Translations under genes and position numbers: made by a program
NCBI GenBank assembly: GCA_965233585.1
Contig: CBDDTI010000746.1
Location: forward strand, 256,001 to 320,000
Length of the DNA: 64,000 bases
Source of the DNA: a bacterium
Lineage (GTDB): Bacteria; SAR324; NAC60-12
Direction of reading: 5' to 3'
Part shown: one piece after another, positions 19,708 through 29,521 of the stretch
Position numbering within the stretch: position 1 is the stretch's first letter
Layout: the number at the start of each line of letters is the position of its first letter
Notes under the pieces: generated by a model
What the model was told of the DNA's origin: nothing
Database searches by the model: none
What the model saw: only the letters and a program-made list of their open reading frames with translations

Positions 19708-20391
19708 ATGGAAACCGCATTACTTTTTGACACACTTAAAACCTCTAAACACTTGCAAGCCGCAGGCTTTGAACAAGAGCAAGCAGAGGCATTGACAGAG
19801 GAATTTAAATTTGTCGTAGAAAGCAACTTTGCCAAACTTTCTACCAAAGACCAAGTCTCTGGTTTAGAGACAAACCTTAATGGGAAAATCTCTAGTTTAG
19901 AGGAAGAACTGGAGCAAAAAGCAACCAAGGAACAAGTAGCTCATTTACAAGAACAGCTGGAGCAAAAGGCAACCAAAGAGCAAGTCTCTGGTTTAGAGAC
20001 AAGCCTTAATGAAAAACTGGAGCAAAAAGCAACCAAAGAGCAAGTAGCTCATTTACAAGAACAGCTGGAGCAAAAAGCAACCAAGGAACAAGTAGCTCAT
20101 TTACAAGAACAGCTGGAGCAAAAAGCAACCAAGGAACAAGTTTCTAATTTAGAGAAAAATCTCAATGAGCAAGTAGCTCATTTACAAGAGCAGCTGGAGC
20201 AAAAAGCAACCAAAGAGCAGGTTTCTAATTTAGAGAAAAATCTCAATGAAAAAATGTCCCACTTAGAGACAAGCGTTGACAGCAAATTTAAATTGTTATC
20301 ATGGATGGTGGGCTTTGGCATTTCTTTAAACCTGATTACGCTTGGAGTCGTGTTAGCCTTTTTGTTTTCTTTTCTTCCTCCTGCCAAATAA
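19708..20391 (+). CDS. DUF1640/CCDC90-like coiled-coil protein (paralog 2)
   Basis: Near-identical N- and C-termini and upstream region to 5288-5854, with a different repeat number. Confidence 0.75.
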   Translation: METALLFDTLKTSKHLQAAGFEQEQAEALTEEFKFVVESNFAKLSTKDQVSGLETNLNGKISSLEEELEQKATKEQVAHLQEQLEQKATKEQVSGLETSLNEKLEQKATKEQVAHLQEQLEQKATKEQVAHLQEQLEQKATKEQVSNLEKNLNEQVAHLQEQLEQKATKEQVSNLEKNLNEKMSHLETSVDSKFKLLSWMVGFGISLNLITLGVVLAFLFSFLPPAK

Positions 20392-20515
20392 AACACCCCA
20401 TCTTGAAATGTTTTTTAGAAAAGAAAAACCAATAAACTCCTAGATTGTGGTAGTATCACTTGAATTTGAAACAAATTAGAAGAACTTCTACTGGCGTAGA
20501 TAAAGGGGGAGGGTT

Positions 20516-21661
20516 ATGTCAAACATAGGTGTATTAAATCAAGCGGATATTGGAGAGCAAAGGGTGGCATTAGTGCCTGCCAATGTTGTCAAGTTAGTTC
20601 AACGAGGTTTGCAAGTGTCTATTGCATCGGGTGCTGGGGTTGCTTCTGGTTATACTGATGTCGCTTATCAAGAATCTGGGGCTATGGTTATTGCTGATAA
20701 TAAAGCAGTGATGGCTGCGTCTGATGTGATTTTATTGGTCAATGCAAAATCTGATGTCCTTGAAACGTTGAAAAACCAAGTCAAGGATAAGATCATTATT
20801 GGCATGATGGACCCGCTAATGAATGTTGAGTATTTTACCTCTTTAACAGACAGCGGACTGACAACTTTAGCTTTGGAGTTGATCCCACGTATCACTCGTG
20901 CTCAAAGTATGGATGTTCTGTCTTCTATGGCAACGATTGCTGGCAACCAAGCAGTGCTGATTGGGGCATTGGAATCGCCCAAACTCTTTCCTTTGATGAT
21001 GACGGCTGCTGGTACTGTCAAACCTAGTCGTGTGTTTGTCATGGGTGCTGGTGTTGCGGGTTTGCAGGCATGTGCAACAGCCAAACGTTTGGGGGCTGTG
21101 GTGGAGGCTTATGACATTCGTCCGGCAGCTCGTGAGCAAATTTTATCGGTAGGGGCAACGCCAGTTGATTTGAATATTGAAACGGAAGACACTGAAACCA
21201 GCGGAGGCTACGCAAAGGAGCAATCTGCTGATTTTATTGCAAGACAACAAACGGCAATGGCAGCTGTTTTAGCCGAGCAAGATGTGGTGATAACTACTGC
21301 AGCAATTCCGGGTAAAAAAGCACCTATATTGATTACCGAAGAGATGGTCAAACAAATGCAGGCAGGATCAGTGATTGTGGATTTGGCTGCCGAAACTGGT
21401 GGAAATTGTGAATTGACCGAAGCAGGTCAAACGATTGAAAGGTATGGTGTAACCATTGTCGGTTCAGTTGATTTGCCTGCAAAGGCAGCTTATCATGCCA
21501 GCCAGATGTACGGGACTAATTTGCAGAATTTGTTGTCTTTGATGGTAGATGAAAATGGTCACTTGCAACTGGATATGAGCGATGAAGTCATCAAGGATAT
21601 TGTGCTAACTGAACAAGGGCAGTTAGTGAATGAACGTCTCAAAGGCTTACTTGCCACTTAG
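20516..21661 (+). CDS. pntAA: NAD(P) transhydrogenase alpha subunit part 1
   Basis: RITRAQSMDVLSS, GAGVAGLQA, GGYAKE, TTAAIPGKKAP. Confidence 0.95.
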   Translation: MSNIGVLNQADIGEQRVALVPANVVKLVQRGLQVSIASGAGVASGYTDVAYQESGAMVIADNKAVMAASDVILLVNAKSDVLETLKNQVKDKIIIGMMDPLMNVEYFTSLTDSGLTTLALELIPRITRAQSMDVLSSMATIAGNQAVLIGALESPKLFPLMMTAAGTVKPSRVFVMGAGVAGLQACATAKRLGAVVEAYDIRPAAREQILSVGATPVDLNIETEDTETSGGYAKEQSADFIARQQTAMAAVLAEQDVVITTAAIPGKKAPILITEEMVKQMQAGSVIVDLAAETGGNCELTEAGQTIERYGVTIVGSVDLPAKAAYHASQMYGTNLQNLLSLMVDENGHLQLDMSDEVIKDIVLTEQGQLVNERLKGLLAT

Positions 21662-21686
21662 CTATTTGTTTATAAGGAAACATACT

Positions 21687-21974
21687 ATGGAATTACTGTT
21701 ATTAATCACGCTTTTTGTCGTGGCAATCTTTTTAGGTATTGAACTCATTACTAAAGTACCCCCTACTTTGCATACACCTTTGATGTCTGGCTCTAATGCT
21801 ATCTCTGGAATCTCATTGGTTGGGGCGTTAATCGCCGCTGGTTCTGAACACTCTAATCAGTATGCTGAATTGGTGAACATCTTGGGTTTTGTGGCGGTGA
21901 CATTGGCAACTATCAATGTCATAGGTGGCTATTTAGTGACAAACCGAATGCTGGCAATGTTTAAGAGGAAGTAA
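21687..21974 (+). CDS. pntAB: NAD(P) transhydrogenase alpha subunit part 2
   Basis: VPPTLHTPLMSGSNAISG; start at MELLL after AAGGA. Confidence 0.95.
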   Translation: MELLLLITLFVVAIFLGIELITKVPPTLHTPLMSGSNAISGISLVGALIAAGSEHSNQYAELVNILGFVAVTLATINVIGGYLVTNRMLAMFKRK

Positions 21975-21977
21975 GTC

Positions 21978-23369
21978 ATGTTGAGTGATGAAATCGTTTA
22001 CATTGCTTATCTGGTTTCTGCCAGCTTGTTTATTTTGGGTCTTAAAGGTTTGACTAAGCCCCGTACTGCCGTACGTGGCAATCAATTATCTGCTTTGGGT
22101 ATGCTGATGGCAGTTGTCATGACCTTACTGAATAAGCAGATTGTTGACTATCAATGGATTGCGGCAGGTGTTGTAGTAGGTGGTGCGATTGGCAGTGTGA
22201 TGGCGTTAAAAATCAAGGTCACTGCCATGCCTCAGATGGTCGCTTTGCTGAATGGTTTTGGTGGAGGTGCTTCGTTGTTTATCGCTCTTGCTAGTTACCT
22301 TGGCGGGCTGGAAGATACTGATGCCTTAACCCTAGTGGCTTTGGTTTCTATCTGTGCCACTGTGGTCATTGGTGCGGTCACTTTATCAGGGTCTTTCGTA
22401 GCATTTGCCAAACTACAAGATCTGATTTCTGGACGCCCTATTCGTGTGCCGGGCAATACATTCCTTAATATTTTGCTACTGACTGCGATTGTGGTGTTAT
22501 CGGTGATGGTGGTGCAGAATCCTGAAAACCTCCAAATACAAATCGCATTGGTGATAGCGTCTCTGGCACTGGGAGTGTTTTTAGTCACCCCCATTGGAGG
22601 TGCTGATATGCCAGTAGTGATTTCTTTGCTCAATTCGTATTCAGGGATTGCTGCTGCGACTACGGGTTTTATCACAGGTAACACGGTGTTGATTATTGCC
22701 GGTTCTTTGGTGGGTGCATCAGGCATTATTTTGACTAACATCATGTGTAAGTCAATGAATAGAAGCCTGTTTAATGTGCTGTTTGGCGTGATGGCAAAAG
22801 TGGCTGAAAAGGTTGACCAAGATGAAGTATATGCTGGCAAAATCAAAACGTCCTCACCTGAAGAAGTTGCGATGATTTTGGAAACAGCTCGCAAAGTCAT
22901 TATTGTTCCAGGTTATGGCTTGGCACAAGCCCAAGCACAGCATGCAGTGCGTGATATGGCAAACACATTGATTGACAGAGGTTGTGAGGTGATCTACGGA
23001 ATCCATCCAGTCGCTGGCAGAATGCCCGGTCATATGAACGTCCTGCTAGCAGAGGCAGAAGTCCCCTATGACCAGTTACAAGAGATGGAATTAGTCAATC
23101 CACAATTTGAAGAAACCGATGTTGCTATCGTGATTGGTGCTAACGATGTAACTAACCCGATGGCAAGAGAAGACAAAGGTAGTCCCATTTACGGCATGCC
23201 CATTTTGAATGTGGATAAAAGCAAAACAGTCGTTGTAGTGAAACGTTCCTTGAGTCCGGGTTTTGCGGGTCTGCCTAATCCGTTGTTTGCCAAAGACAAT
23301 ACTCTGATGCTCTTTGGTGACGGCAAACAAGCCATTGTAGAATTGAACAAAAGCCTTGCAGAAGATTAA
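21978..23369 (+). CDS. pntB: NAD(P) transhydrogenase beta subunit
   Basis: PIGGADMPVVISLLNSYSG, HPVAGRMPGHMNVLLAEA. Confidence 0.97.
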   Translation: MLSDEIVYIAYLVSASLFILGLKGLTKPRTAVRGNQLSALGMLMAVVMTLLNKQIVDYQWIAAGVVVGGAIGSVMALKIKVTAMPQMVALLNGFGGGASLFIALASYLGGLEDTDALTLVALVSICATVVIGAVTLSGSFVAFAKLQDLISGRPIRVPGNTFLNILLLTAIVVLSVMVVQNPENLQIQIALVIASLALGVFLVTPIGGADMPVVISLLNSYSGIAAATTGFITGNTVLIIAGSLVGASGIILTNIMCKSMNRSLFNVLFGVMAKVAEKVDQDEVYAGKIKTSSPEEVAMILETARKVIIVPGYGLAQAQAQHAVRDMANTLIDRGCEVIYGIHPVAGRMPGHMNVLLAEAEVPYDQLQEMELVNPQFEETDVAIVIGANDVTNPMAREDKGSPIYGMPILNVDKSKTVVVVKRSLSPGFAGLPNPLFAKDNTLMLFGDGKQAIVELNKSLAED

Positions 23370-23429
23370 CTTAGGCTTTGCATCTAAAGGGTTCAATCAA
23401 TCAAAGAAGTTGTCTTTTTAAAGACACCC

Positions 23430-24281
23430 TTAACCAGCATTTAAGATGTTGGCATGGTAGCTAATATGTTCCCCGATAAAACTGGCAACAAAAAAATAAC
23501 TGTGGTCGTAGCCTGCATGCCTTCTCAAAGTGATTGGGTAAGAGGCATCATCACAGGCTTTTTGCAACAAATCAGGTTTGAGTTGCTCATGCAAAAAGTT
23601 ATCAGCCTCTCCTTGATCCACCAAAATAGGCAGGTGTTCGGTGGCTTGTTTGATCAATTCACAACTGTCGTATAATTGCCAATCTTGACGATCATTGCCC
23701 AAGTAAAGCCTAAGGGCTTTCTCACCCCATGCACAGTTTAAGGGCGAGCATATTGGAGCAAAAGCAGAAACACTGCGATATTGGTGCGGGTTTCTTAAGG
23801 CAATGGTCAAAGCCCCATGCCCCCCCATAGAATGCCCAGAAATAGAACAGGTGGAGGCATCAATGAGTGGTAGTTGTTCAGCAATGATTGCTGGTAGTTC
23901 CTTCACAATATAATCATACATTTGGTAGTGCTGTCGCCAAGGGTCTTGGGTTGCATTGACATAAAAGCCTGCCCCCAAGCCAAAATCCCATGCTTGGTTT
24001 TCATCATCAGGCACGCCTTCTCCTCTTGGGCTGGTGTCTGCTGCTACCAATGCAACACCATACTCAGCTGCATAACGTTGCGCCCCAGCTTTCTGTACAA
24101 AGTTTTCATCATTACAAGTAAGTCCAGACAACCAATAAATGACTGGTACCTTTGCAGTGGTTACTTGTGGTGGTAGATACACAGAAAAGTTCATCGCACA
24201 ATTTAGGCAGTCGGAGTGGTGTTGGAAACGTAATTGCTGACCACCAAAGCAATGACTCGTAGAAATTTGTTTACACGACAT
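23430..24281 (-). CDS. fghA: S-formylglutathione hydrolase
   Basis: WLSGLTC, GHSMGGHGA, YDHSYFF. Confidence 0.95.
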   Translation of the reverse strand: MSCKQISTSHCFGGQQLRFQHHSDCLNCAMNFSVYLPPQVTTAKVPVIYWLSGLTCNDENFVQKAGAQRYAAEYGVALVAADTSPRGEGVPDDENQAWDFGLGAGFYVNATQDPWRQHYQMYDYIVKELPAIIAEQLPLIDASTCSISGHSMGGHGALTIALRNPHQYRSVSAFAPICSPLNCAWGEKALRLYLGNDRQDWQLYDSCELIKQATEHLPILVDQGEADNFLHEQLKPDLLQKACDDASYPITLRRHAGYDHSYFFVASFIGEHISYHANILNAG

Positions 24282-24290
24282 AATCCGTCC

Positions 24291-25397
24291 TCAATATAGC
24301 ACCACAGAGCGAATACTCTTGCCTGCGTGCATTAAATCAAAAGCTTTGTTGATGTCTTCCAGTGGCATGGTATGAGTGATTAAATCATCTATGTTGATTT
24401 TATTGTCCATATACCAGTCAACAATTTTAGGTACATCTGTACGCCCCCTTGCACCGCCAAAGGCAGTGCCTTTCCAAGAACGTCCCGTCACTAACTGGAA
24501 GGGACGGGTGGCAATTTCCTGACCAGCACCCGCTACGCCAATGATGTAAGACTCACCCCAACCTTTGTGACAACACTCCAACGCCTGCCTCATGGTGTTC
24601 ACATTGCCAATACACTCAAAGCTATAATCTGCACCCCCATCGGTGAGTTGAATCACTGCGTCTACTGTGTTTTCTACTTGTTTAGGGTTAATGAAATCGG
24701 TCATGCCAAACTGTTTAGCTAAAGGGACTTTGTCTTCATTTAGGTCAATACCAACGATTTTGTTGGCGCCTGCAAGCTTTGCTCCTTGCACCACATTCAG
24801 ACCAATCCCACCCAAACCAAAGACTACCACGTTGGCACCCGGCTCCACTTTGGCTTCAAACACGACTGCCCCGACCCCCGTGGTCACTCCGCAACCGATG
24901 TAACAGGCTTTGTCAAAGGGGGCATCTTGCCGAATCTTTGCCACTGATATTTCAGGTAAGACTGTATGATTGGCAAAAGTTGAGCAACCCATGTAGTGCA
25001 TGATGGGTTTGCCATCAAGGCTAAAACGGCTGGTGCCATCAGGCATCACGCCAGCACCTTGAGTGGCACGCACTGCTTGACATAAATTAGTTTTAGGGTG
25101 CAAACAAAAATCGCAGTTGCGACATTCAGCAGTGTATAAAGGAATGACATGGTCACCGGGTTTGACGGAGCTAACACCAGCTCCAACTTCTTGAACAATA
25201 CCAGCGCCCTCATGCCCAAGTATGGCAGGAAAAACGCCTTCAGGGTCATCACCTGACAGAGTAAACGCATCAGTGTGACAGACACCAGTGGCTTTAATTT
25301 CTACTAGCACTTCGCCAGCTTGGGGTGCTTGTAAATCAACTTCCGCAATTTCAAGTGCAGTACCTGCCTTAAATGCGATTGCTGCCCGTGTTTTCAT
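24291..25397 (-). CDS. frmA: S-(hydroxymethyl)glutathione dehydrogenase / class III alcohol dehydrogenase
   Basis: [22 protein letters not shown]. Confidence 0.96.
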   Translation of the reverse strand: MKTRAAIAFKAGTALEIAEVDLQAPQAGEVLVEIKATGVCHTDAFTLSGDDPEGVFPAILGHEGAGIVQEVGAGVSSVKPGDHVIPLYTAECRNCDFCLHPKTNLCQAVRATQGAGVMPDGTSRFSLDGKPIMHYMGCSTFANHTVLPEISVAKIRQDAPFDKACYIGCGVTTGVGAVVFEAKVEPGANVVVFGLGGIGLNVVQGAKLAGANKIVGIDLNEDKVPLAKQFGMTDFINPKQVENTVDAVIQLTDGGADYSFECIGNVNTMRQALECCHKGWGESYIIGVAGAGQEIATRPFQLVTGRSWKGTAFGGARGRTDVPKIVDWYMDNKINIDDLITHTMPLEDINKAFDLMHAGKSIRSVVLY

Positions 25398-25460
25398 TGT
25401 TTAATTTCTTAGTGTGAGTGAAGAGTTAATAAGCGACAAGTATAAAAAAACATAGTAAAT

Positions 25461-25497
25461 GATTCAATCATTATCATTGATGGATAACGATTGAATC
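25461..25497. terminator. Inverted repeat between the agmatinase-family gene and frmA (terminator or operator)
   Basis: GATTCAATCATTATC...GATAACGATTGAATC near-perfect palindrome. Confidence 0.45.
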
Positions 25498-25536
25498 TCT
25501 TTTTTCTGGATTTGCTGTCACGCACCATAGCAAATC

Positions 25537-26490
25537 TTATCGGTTGTGCAAAATGCGTCCGATGAAGTTCATAAGAAGCTGTGCCGCTAGAATAGATGTG
25601 GTGCCTGTCAGGTCATAATCAGGAGCGACTTCCACAAGATCTAATCCAATGACCGTTCCCTGCTTCGTCAAACCGTCCAATAATTCCAAAATTTCGTAAT
25701 ACTGGAATCCCCCGTGACTGGGTGTGCCTGTACCTGGGGCAATAGACGGATCAAAACCATCTATGTCAATAGTGACATAATAACGTTCATTTTTCGGAAT
25801 GCGATTGAGCAGTCCATCAATCCCCATCGCTCGCACTTGCCGAACAGATTGAATGTCGGAACCCATTTTGCGTGCTTCGTCATACCCATCTTTAGCTGTG
25901 GAGGACACATTGCGGATACCGATTTGTGTCAAGCCCTTGACATAGGATTTTTCAGCCGCCCTCCGCATCGGGTTGCCATGTCCACACCTCACTCCGTGAC
26001 GTTCATCTACAAAATCCAAGTGAGCATCTATTTGTACCAGGTGGAAGGGGTCATGGTCGCTAAATGCGTTAATGCAAGGAATGTTCACAGAATGATCGCC
26101 CCCCATGACCACAGGTAACGCACCTGCTTTCAAAATTTTGCGTACTCCGTACTCAATGTTGGCATGGCTTTTGTCTGTATCCGTATGAACAATATCTGCA
26201 TCACCAATGTCAATAATTTTGACTTTGCTTGGGTCTAGGTATGTAATGTCATCTTCAGGGTCGTATGCCCCTGCGTGTCCAAAAGAAAACAATGTGGACG
26301 CTTCACGAATGCTGCGGGGTCCCATTCTAGCCCCCGAACGCCACTGACATCCAAAGTCAAAAGGCGCTCCCAATACCGCCACATCTGCATCAATGTTGTC
26401 CCAATCCTCAATATAGGGATATTTTCCAAAGGTGCATATCCCCACAAAGGGCAGATTTAATCGTCCGCTTTCGTATCCATGTTTTGCCAT
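25537..26490 (-). CDS. speB: Agmatinase / ureohydrolase family
   Basis: GGDHS, DAHLD, DIDGFDPSIAPGTGTP; substrate not certain. Confidence 0.85.
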   Translation of the reverse strand: MAKHGYESGRLNLPFVGICTFGKYPYIEDWDNIDADVAVLGAPFDFGCQWRSGARMGPRSIREASTLFSFGHAGAYDPEDDITYLDPSKVKIIDIGDADIVHTDTDKSHANIEYGVRKILKAGALPVVMGGDHSVNIPCINAFSDHDPFHLVQIDAHLDFVDERHGVRCGHGNPMRRAAEKSYVKGLTQIGIRNVSSTAKDGYDEARKMGSDIQSVRQVRAMGIDGLLNRIPKNERYYVTIDIDGFDPSIAPGTGTPSHGGFQYYEILELLDGLTKQGTVIGLDLVEVAPDYDLTGTTSILAAQLLMNFIGRILHNR

Positions 26491-26505
26491 TTTTAAAAGT
26501 CTCCT

Positions 26506-26553
26506 TTATGTAAGTAGGTTTAACCGTCCGTTTTCGTATCCATGTCTGACCAT
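26506..26553 (-). CDS. 15-aa mini-ORF duplicating the N-terminus of the downstream ureohydrolase
   Basis: AAGGAG RBS then MVRHGYENGRLNLLT-stop, versus MAKHGYESGRLNLPF. Confidence 0.55.
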   Translation of the reverse strand: MVRHGYENGRLNLLT

Positions 26554-26564
26554 GCTGATTCTCC

Positions 26565-27482
26565 TTATTTATATGTCACCTTGACTGCTTCTTCATATTG
26601 AGGCATCTTAACGACACGGGGTGAATATGCTCCATCATCGCTCATTTGTTTGACATGTCTGGCAATTTGCTCCATGGGAGCAAACCACACGTCCCCTCTG
26701 GAAAGCAGGCTTTCAATAAATTTTGCAACAACTTCCCACCGCGACAACCTACCAGTCACAAAGGGGTGGATCACTGGCACCCACAATCCATTGTGGCGAT
26801 AAGCAGCTTCAAATTCTTCTACAAAAATCTGCCAACCATTTTTTGGAGAACGGATAGGCATCATGTAATCCAAATCCATGGATTGTACATACTGGGGCCA
26901 ATCGTCAAGACCCCAATGCGAAGGTATTTCTACCAAAGACCCAGTTTTAGATTGAATAATGTAGGGGACGTCGTCGCCCATGAGGGAGGCATCGTACTCA
27001 AAACCCCGCTCTGCTAATAAGTCAGCAGTGTGATTGGAAAAATTATACAATGGAGCCCTGTATCCCCGCGGGGCGACTCCGCTCATTTTTTCAATCACCT
27101 TGAGTGATTTGTCTATCCAGCCTGCTTGTTCTTCCTGCGATGGCCCCACTGGATTTTCGTGTAAATACCCATGTTGTCCAATTTCGTGTCCGCCTTTTAA
27201 TATTTGTTCTACGGCTCGGGGATACTGTTCCATGCACCATGCGGGAATAAAAAAGGTCTGCTGAATGCCCAGCCGCTTATAAGTTTCTAAAATTCTTGGA
27301 ATGGCAACATGTGGTCCGTATTGCAACATGGAAATTGCCGATGTACGTTTGTATCCGTCTTTGGGGTGATCTACATGGATAAGGCTGTCTGAATCCATGT
27401 CAAAAGTAAGACAACATGCCACCTTTGCCCCATTAGGCCAAGGGACAGGATTTGCGATCATTTTTTGATTTTCAATGGACAT
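26565..27482 (-). CDS. Polysaccharide deacetylase family (CE4, PuuE/PgdA-like) hydrolase
   Basis: LTFDMD, TFFIP, HEIGQHGYLHE, GYRAP, LDDWP. Confidence 0.88.
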   Translation of the reverse strand: MSIENQKMIANPVPWPNGAKVACCLTFDMDSDSLIHVDHPKDGYKRTSAISMLQYGPHVAIPRILETYKRLGIQQTFFIPAWCMEQYPRAVEQILKGGHEIGQHGYLHENPVGPSQEEQAGWIDKSLKVIEKMSGVAPRGYRAPLYNFSNHTADLLAERGFEYDASLMGDDVPYIIQSKTGSLVEIPSHWGLDDWPQYVQSMDLDYMMPIRSPKNGWQIFVEEFEAAYRHNGLWVPVIHPFVTGRLSRWEVVAKFIESLLSRGDVWFAPMEQIARHVKQMSDDGAYSPRVVKMPQYEEAVKVTYK

Positions 27483-28424
27483 TTATTTTCCTCCTCTTCT
27501 GTATTTAATACCGATGGCTTTCGGTGGTTGGATACGTTTTGCCAAAAATATTAACGCTAGCAACGATGCCAAATAGGGCAGCATGGAAAAGATTTGATAA
27601 GGCACCTCTGGACTGTTAAATTGCAGTCGTAATTGCAATGCGTCCATCGCTCCAAACAACAATGCTGCCAATACTGCACGGGCAGGATTCCACCCCCCCA
27701 AGATTAAAGCTGCTAGTGCGATAAACCCCTTACCTGCGCTCATGTGTTCAGTGAATACAAAGACTTGGCTTAGTACTAGATAGCAACCACCCAGTCCAGC
27801 CATAGCACAGCTGGTCAAAGTAGCACAGACCCTCACCTTAGTGACATTGATGCCCGCACTGTCTGCAGCAACGGGATAATCACCGATTGCCCGCAAACTC
27901 AAGCCCCATGGCGTTTTATAAAACACCCACCAAGTGAACGGAATCACCGCATACATTCCATAGGTAATAGCATCTTGTTTAAACAACAATTCGCCGATAA
28001 TGGGAATACTAGACAACAGGGGAATCGCAACGGGATAAAATCCGGGTAACGTAGACGTTGCATCTGCCCCCAAGATTAAACGTGCCAAGTAAGAGGTTAA
28101 GCCCAGCATCAAAATATTGATGGCGATACCTGCCACAAGCTGATTAATAGCAAGTCCAACAGCCAACCCTGCCAGCACTACCCCCACCATCATGGCAACT
28201 GTAACCCCAAGTATTAACCCAAAAACTGGCGATGCTGTGACGTATGTGCCAACCGCAGCCCCAAACGCACCGCCTAAAATACAGCCTTCTAGGGAGATAT
28301 TAAACACGCCCGATTTTTCAGCAATAATCCCCCCAACCGAAGCAAAGATAAGCGGAATAGATAGTCGTAAGCTGGTGTTCAAGAACTCTAGCAACGCCTG
28401 TTGTTCAAATAAAAAATCAAACAT
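27483..28424 (-). CDS. ABC permease (nucleoside/simple sugar type)
   Basis: EKSGVFNISLEG, GKGFIALAA. Confidence 0.92.
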   Translation of the reverse strand: MFDFLFEQQALLEFLNTSLRLSIPLIFASVGGIIAEKSGVFNISLEGCILGGAFGAAVGTYVTASPVFGLILGVTVAMMVGVVLAGLAVGLAINQLVAGIAINILMLGLTSYLARLILGADATSTLPGFYPVAIPLLSSIPIIGELLFKQDAITYGMYAVIPFTWWVFYKTPWGLSLRAIGDYPVAADSAGINVTKVRVCATLTSCAMAGLGGCYLVLSQVFVFTEHMSAGKGFIALAALILGGWNPARAVLAALLFGAMDALQLRLQFNSPEVPYQIFSMLPYLASLLALIFLAKRIQPPKAIGIKYRRGGK

Positions 28425-29521
28425 TATTCTTTCCCTGCCACTTTGAAAGTATCACCTACTTCGTTGTCTAATATCTTTCGTCGGGATATGATTCTACTCC
28501 ATTTTTCTGCGTTAAATTTAAATCCGTAACTAGCCGCTACAAGGATAATGACAATGCCCTGTATAGCCTCTATGACTGTCGCTTCAATCCCTAGCGAACG
28601 TTGCATCGTCAATGCTCCTGCTTTTAATCCAGATAAGAAGAATGAAGAGATAGGGGCAATAATTGGGTTAATAGTTGCCATAAATGCGGCAACAATACCG
28701 TCAAATCCATACCCTGCAGAAAACAGATGATACAGGCGATACTTTAGACCCAAGACTTCAAAAGTTCCTGCAAGACCTCCAATAGCACCAGCAACAAACA
28801 TAGTTATCACTATACGGTATTTGACATTGATCCCTGCATATTTTGCGGCTTCAGCATTTTTCCCTATGGTCTCTAATGAAAACCCAAGTGTCGTGTATCT
28901 CAGTATGACAAACATGACAACAGCTAGTATGACCCCCACCAACACGCCAATATGCACATCAGTCATGGGCAGCAAAATAGGCATCAACAATTCTTGTTTG
29001 ATTTCTTCAGTATATGGGTAGGGTGCGCCTTCTTGCATCATGGGTCCACTTGTGACGTAGCTGACCAAATTAATCGCGATAAAGTTCATAAGAATCGTCA
29101 CGATGACCTCGTTAATGCCGTAGTATGCTTTTAGATGTCCCGGTATGAGTCCCCATATACCTCCACCAATGGCGCCAGCCCCAACAGCGATAGACATGTG
29201 TAAAAAAATCGGCATATCTGGCAACAACAACGCAGCCATGGCAGAAAACAATCCCCCCATGTAGATTTGTCCCTCAGCACCGATGTTTAACAGCCCTAAT
29301 CTGAGAGGCAATATCACTGCTAAGCTTGCCAGCAAGATAGGTGATGTTTTGACTAAGGTTTCCGATAATCCCCAGTAATCAAAGAACGCCCCTTTAAACA
29401 ATTCATAGTATGCATGAATAGGGTTTGCTCCACCAATGACGATTAAAATAGACCCCAAAAGTAATGCCAGTATCAATGCCCACAATGGCAACATGACGTA
29501 GAAAAACCTAATCGCTTTCAT
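28424..29521 (-). CDS. ABC permease (nucleoside/simple sugar type)
   Basis: NIGAEGQ, NEVIVTILMN, GYGFDGI. Confidence 0.92.
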   Translation of the reverse strand: MKAIRFFYVMLPLWALILALLLGSILIVIGGANPIHAYYELFKGAFFDYWGLSETLVKTSPILLASLAVILPLRLGLLNIGAEGQIYMGGLFSAMAALLLPDMPIFLHMSIAVGAGAIGGGIWGLIPGHLKAYYGINEVIVTILMNFIAINLVSYVTSGPMMQEGAPYPYTEEIKQELLMPILLPMTDVHIGVLVGVILAVVMFVILRYTTLGFSLETIGKNAEAAKYAGINVKYRIVITMFVAGAIGGLAGTFEVLGLKYRLYHLFSAGYGFDGIVAAFMATINPIIAPISSFFLSGLKAGALTMQRSLGIEATVIEAIQGIVIILVAASYGFKFNAEKWSRIISRRKILDNEVGDTFKVAGKE

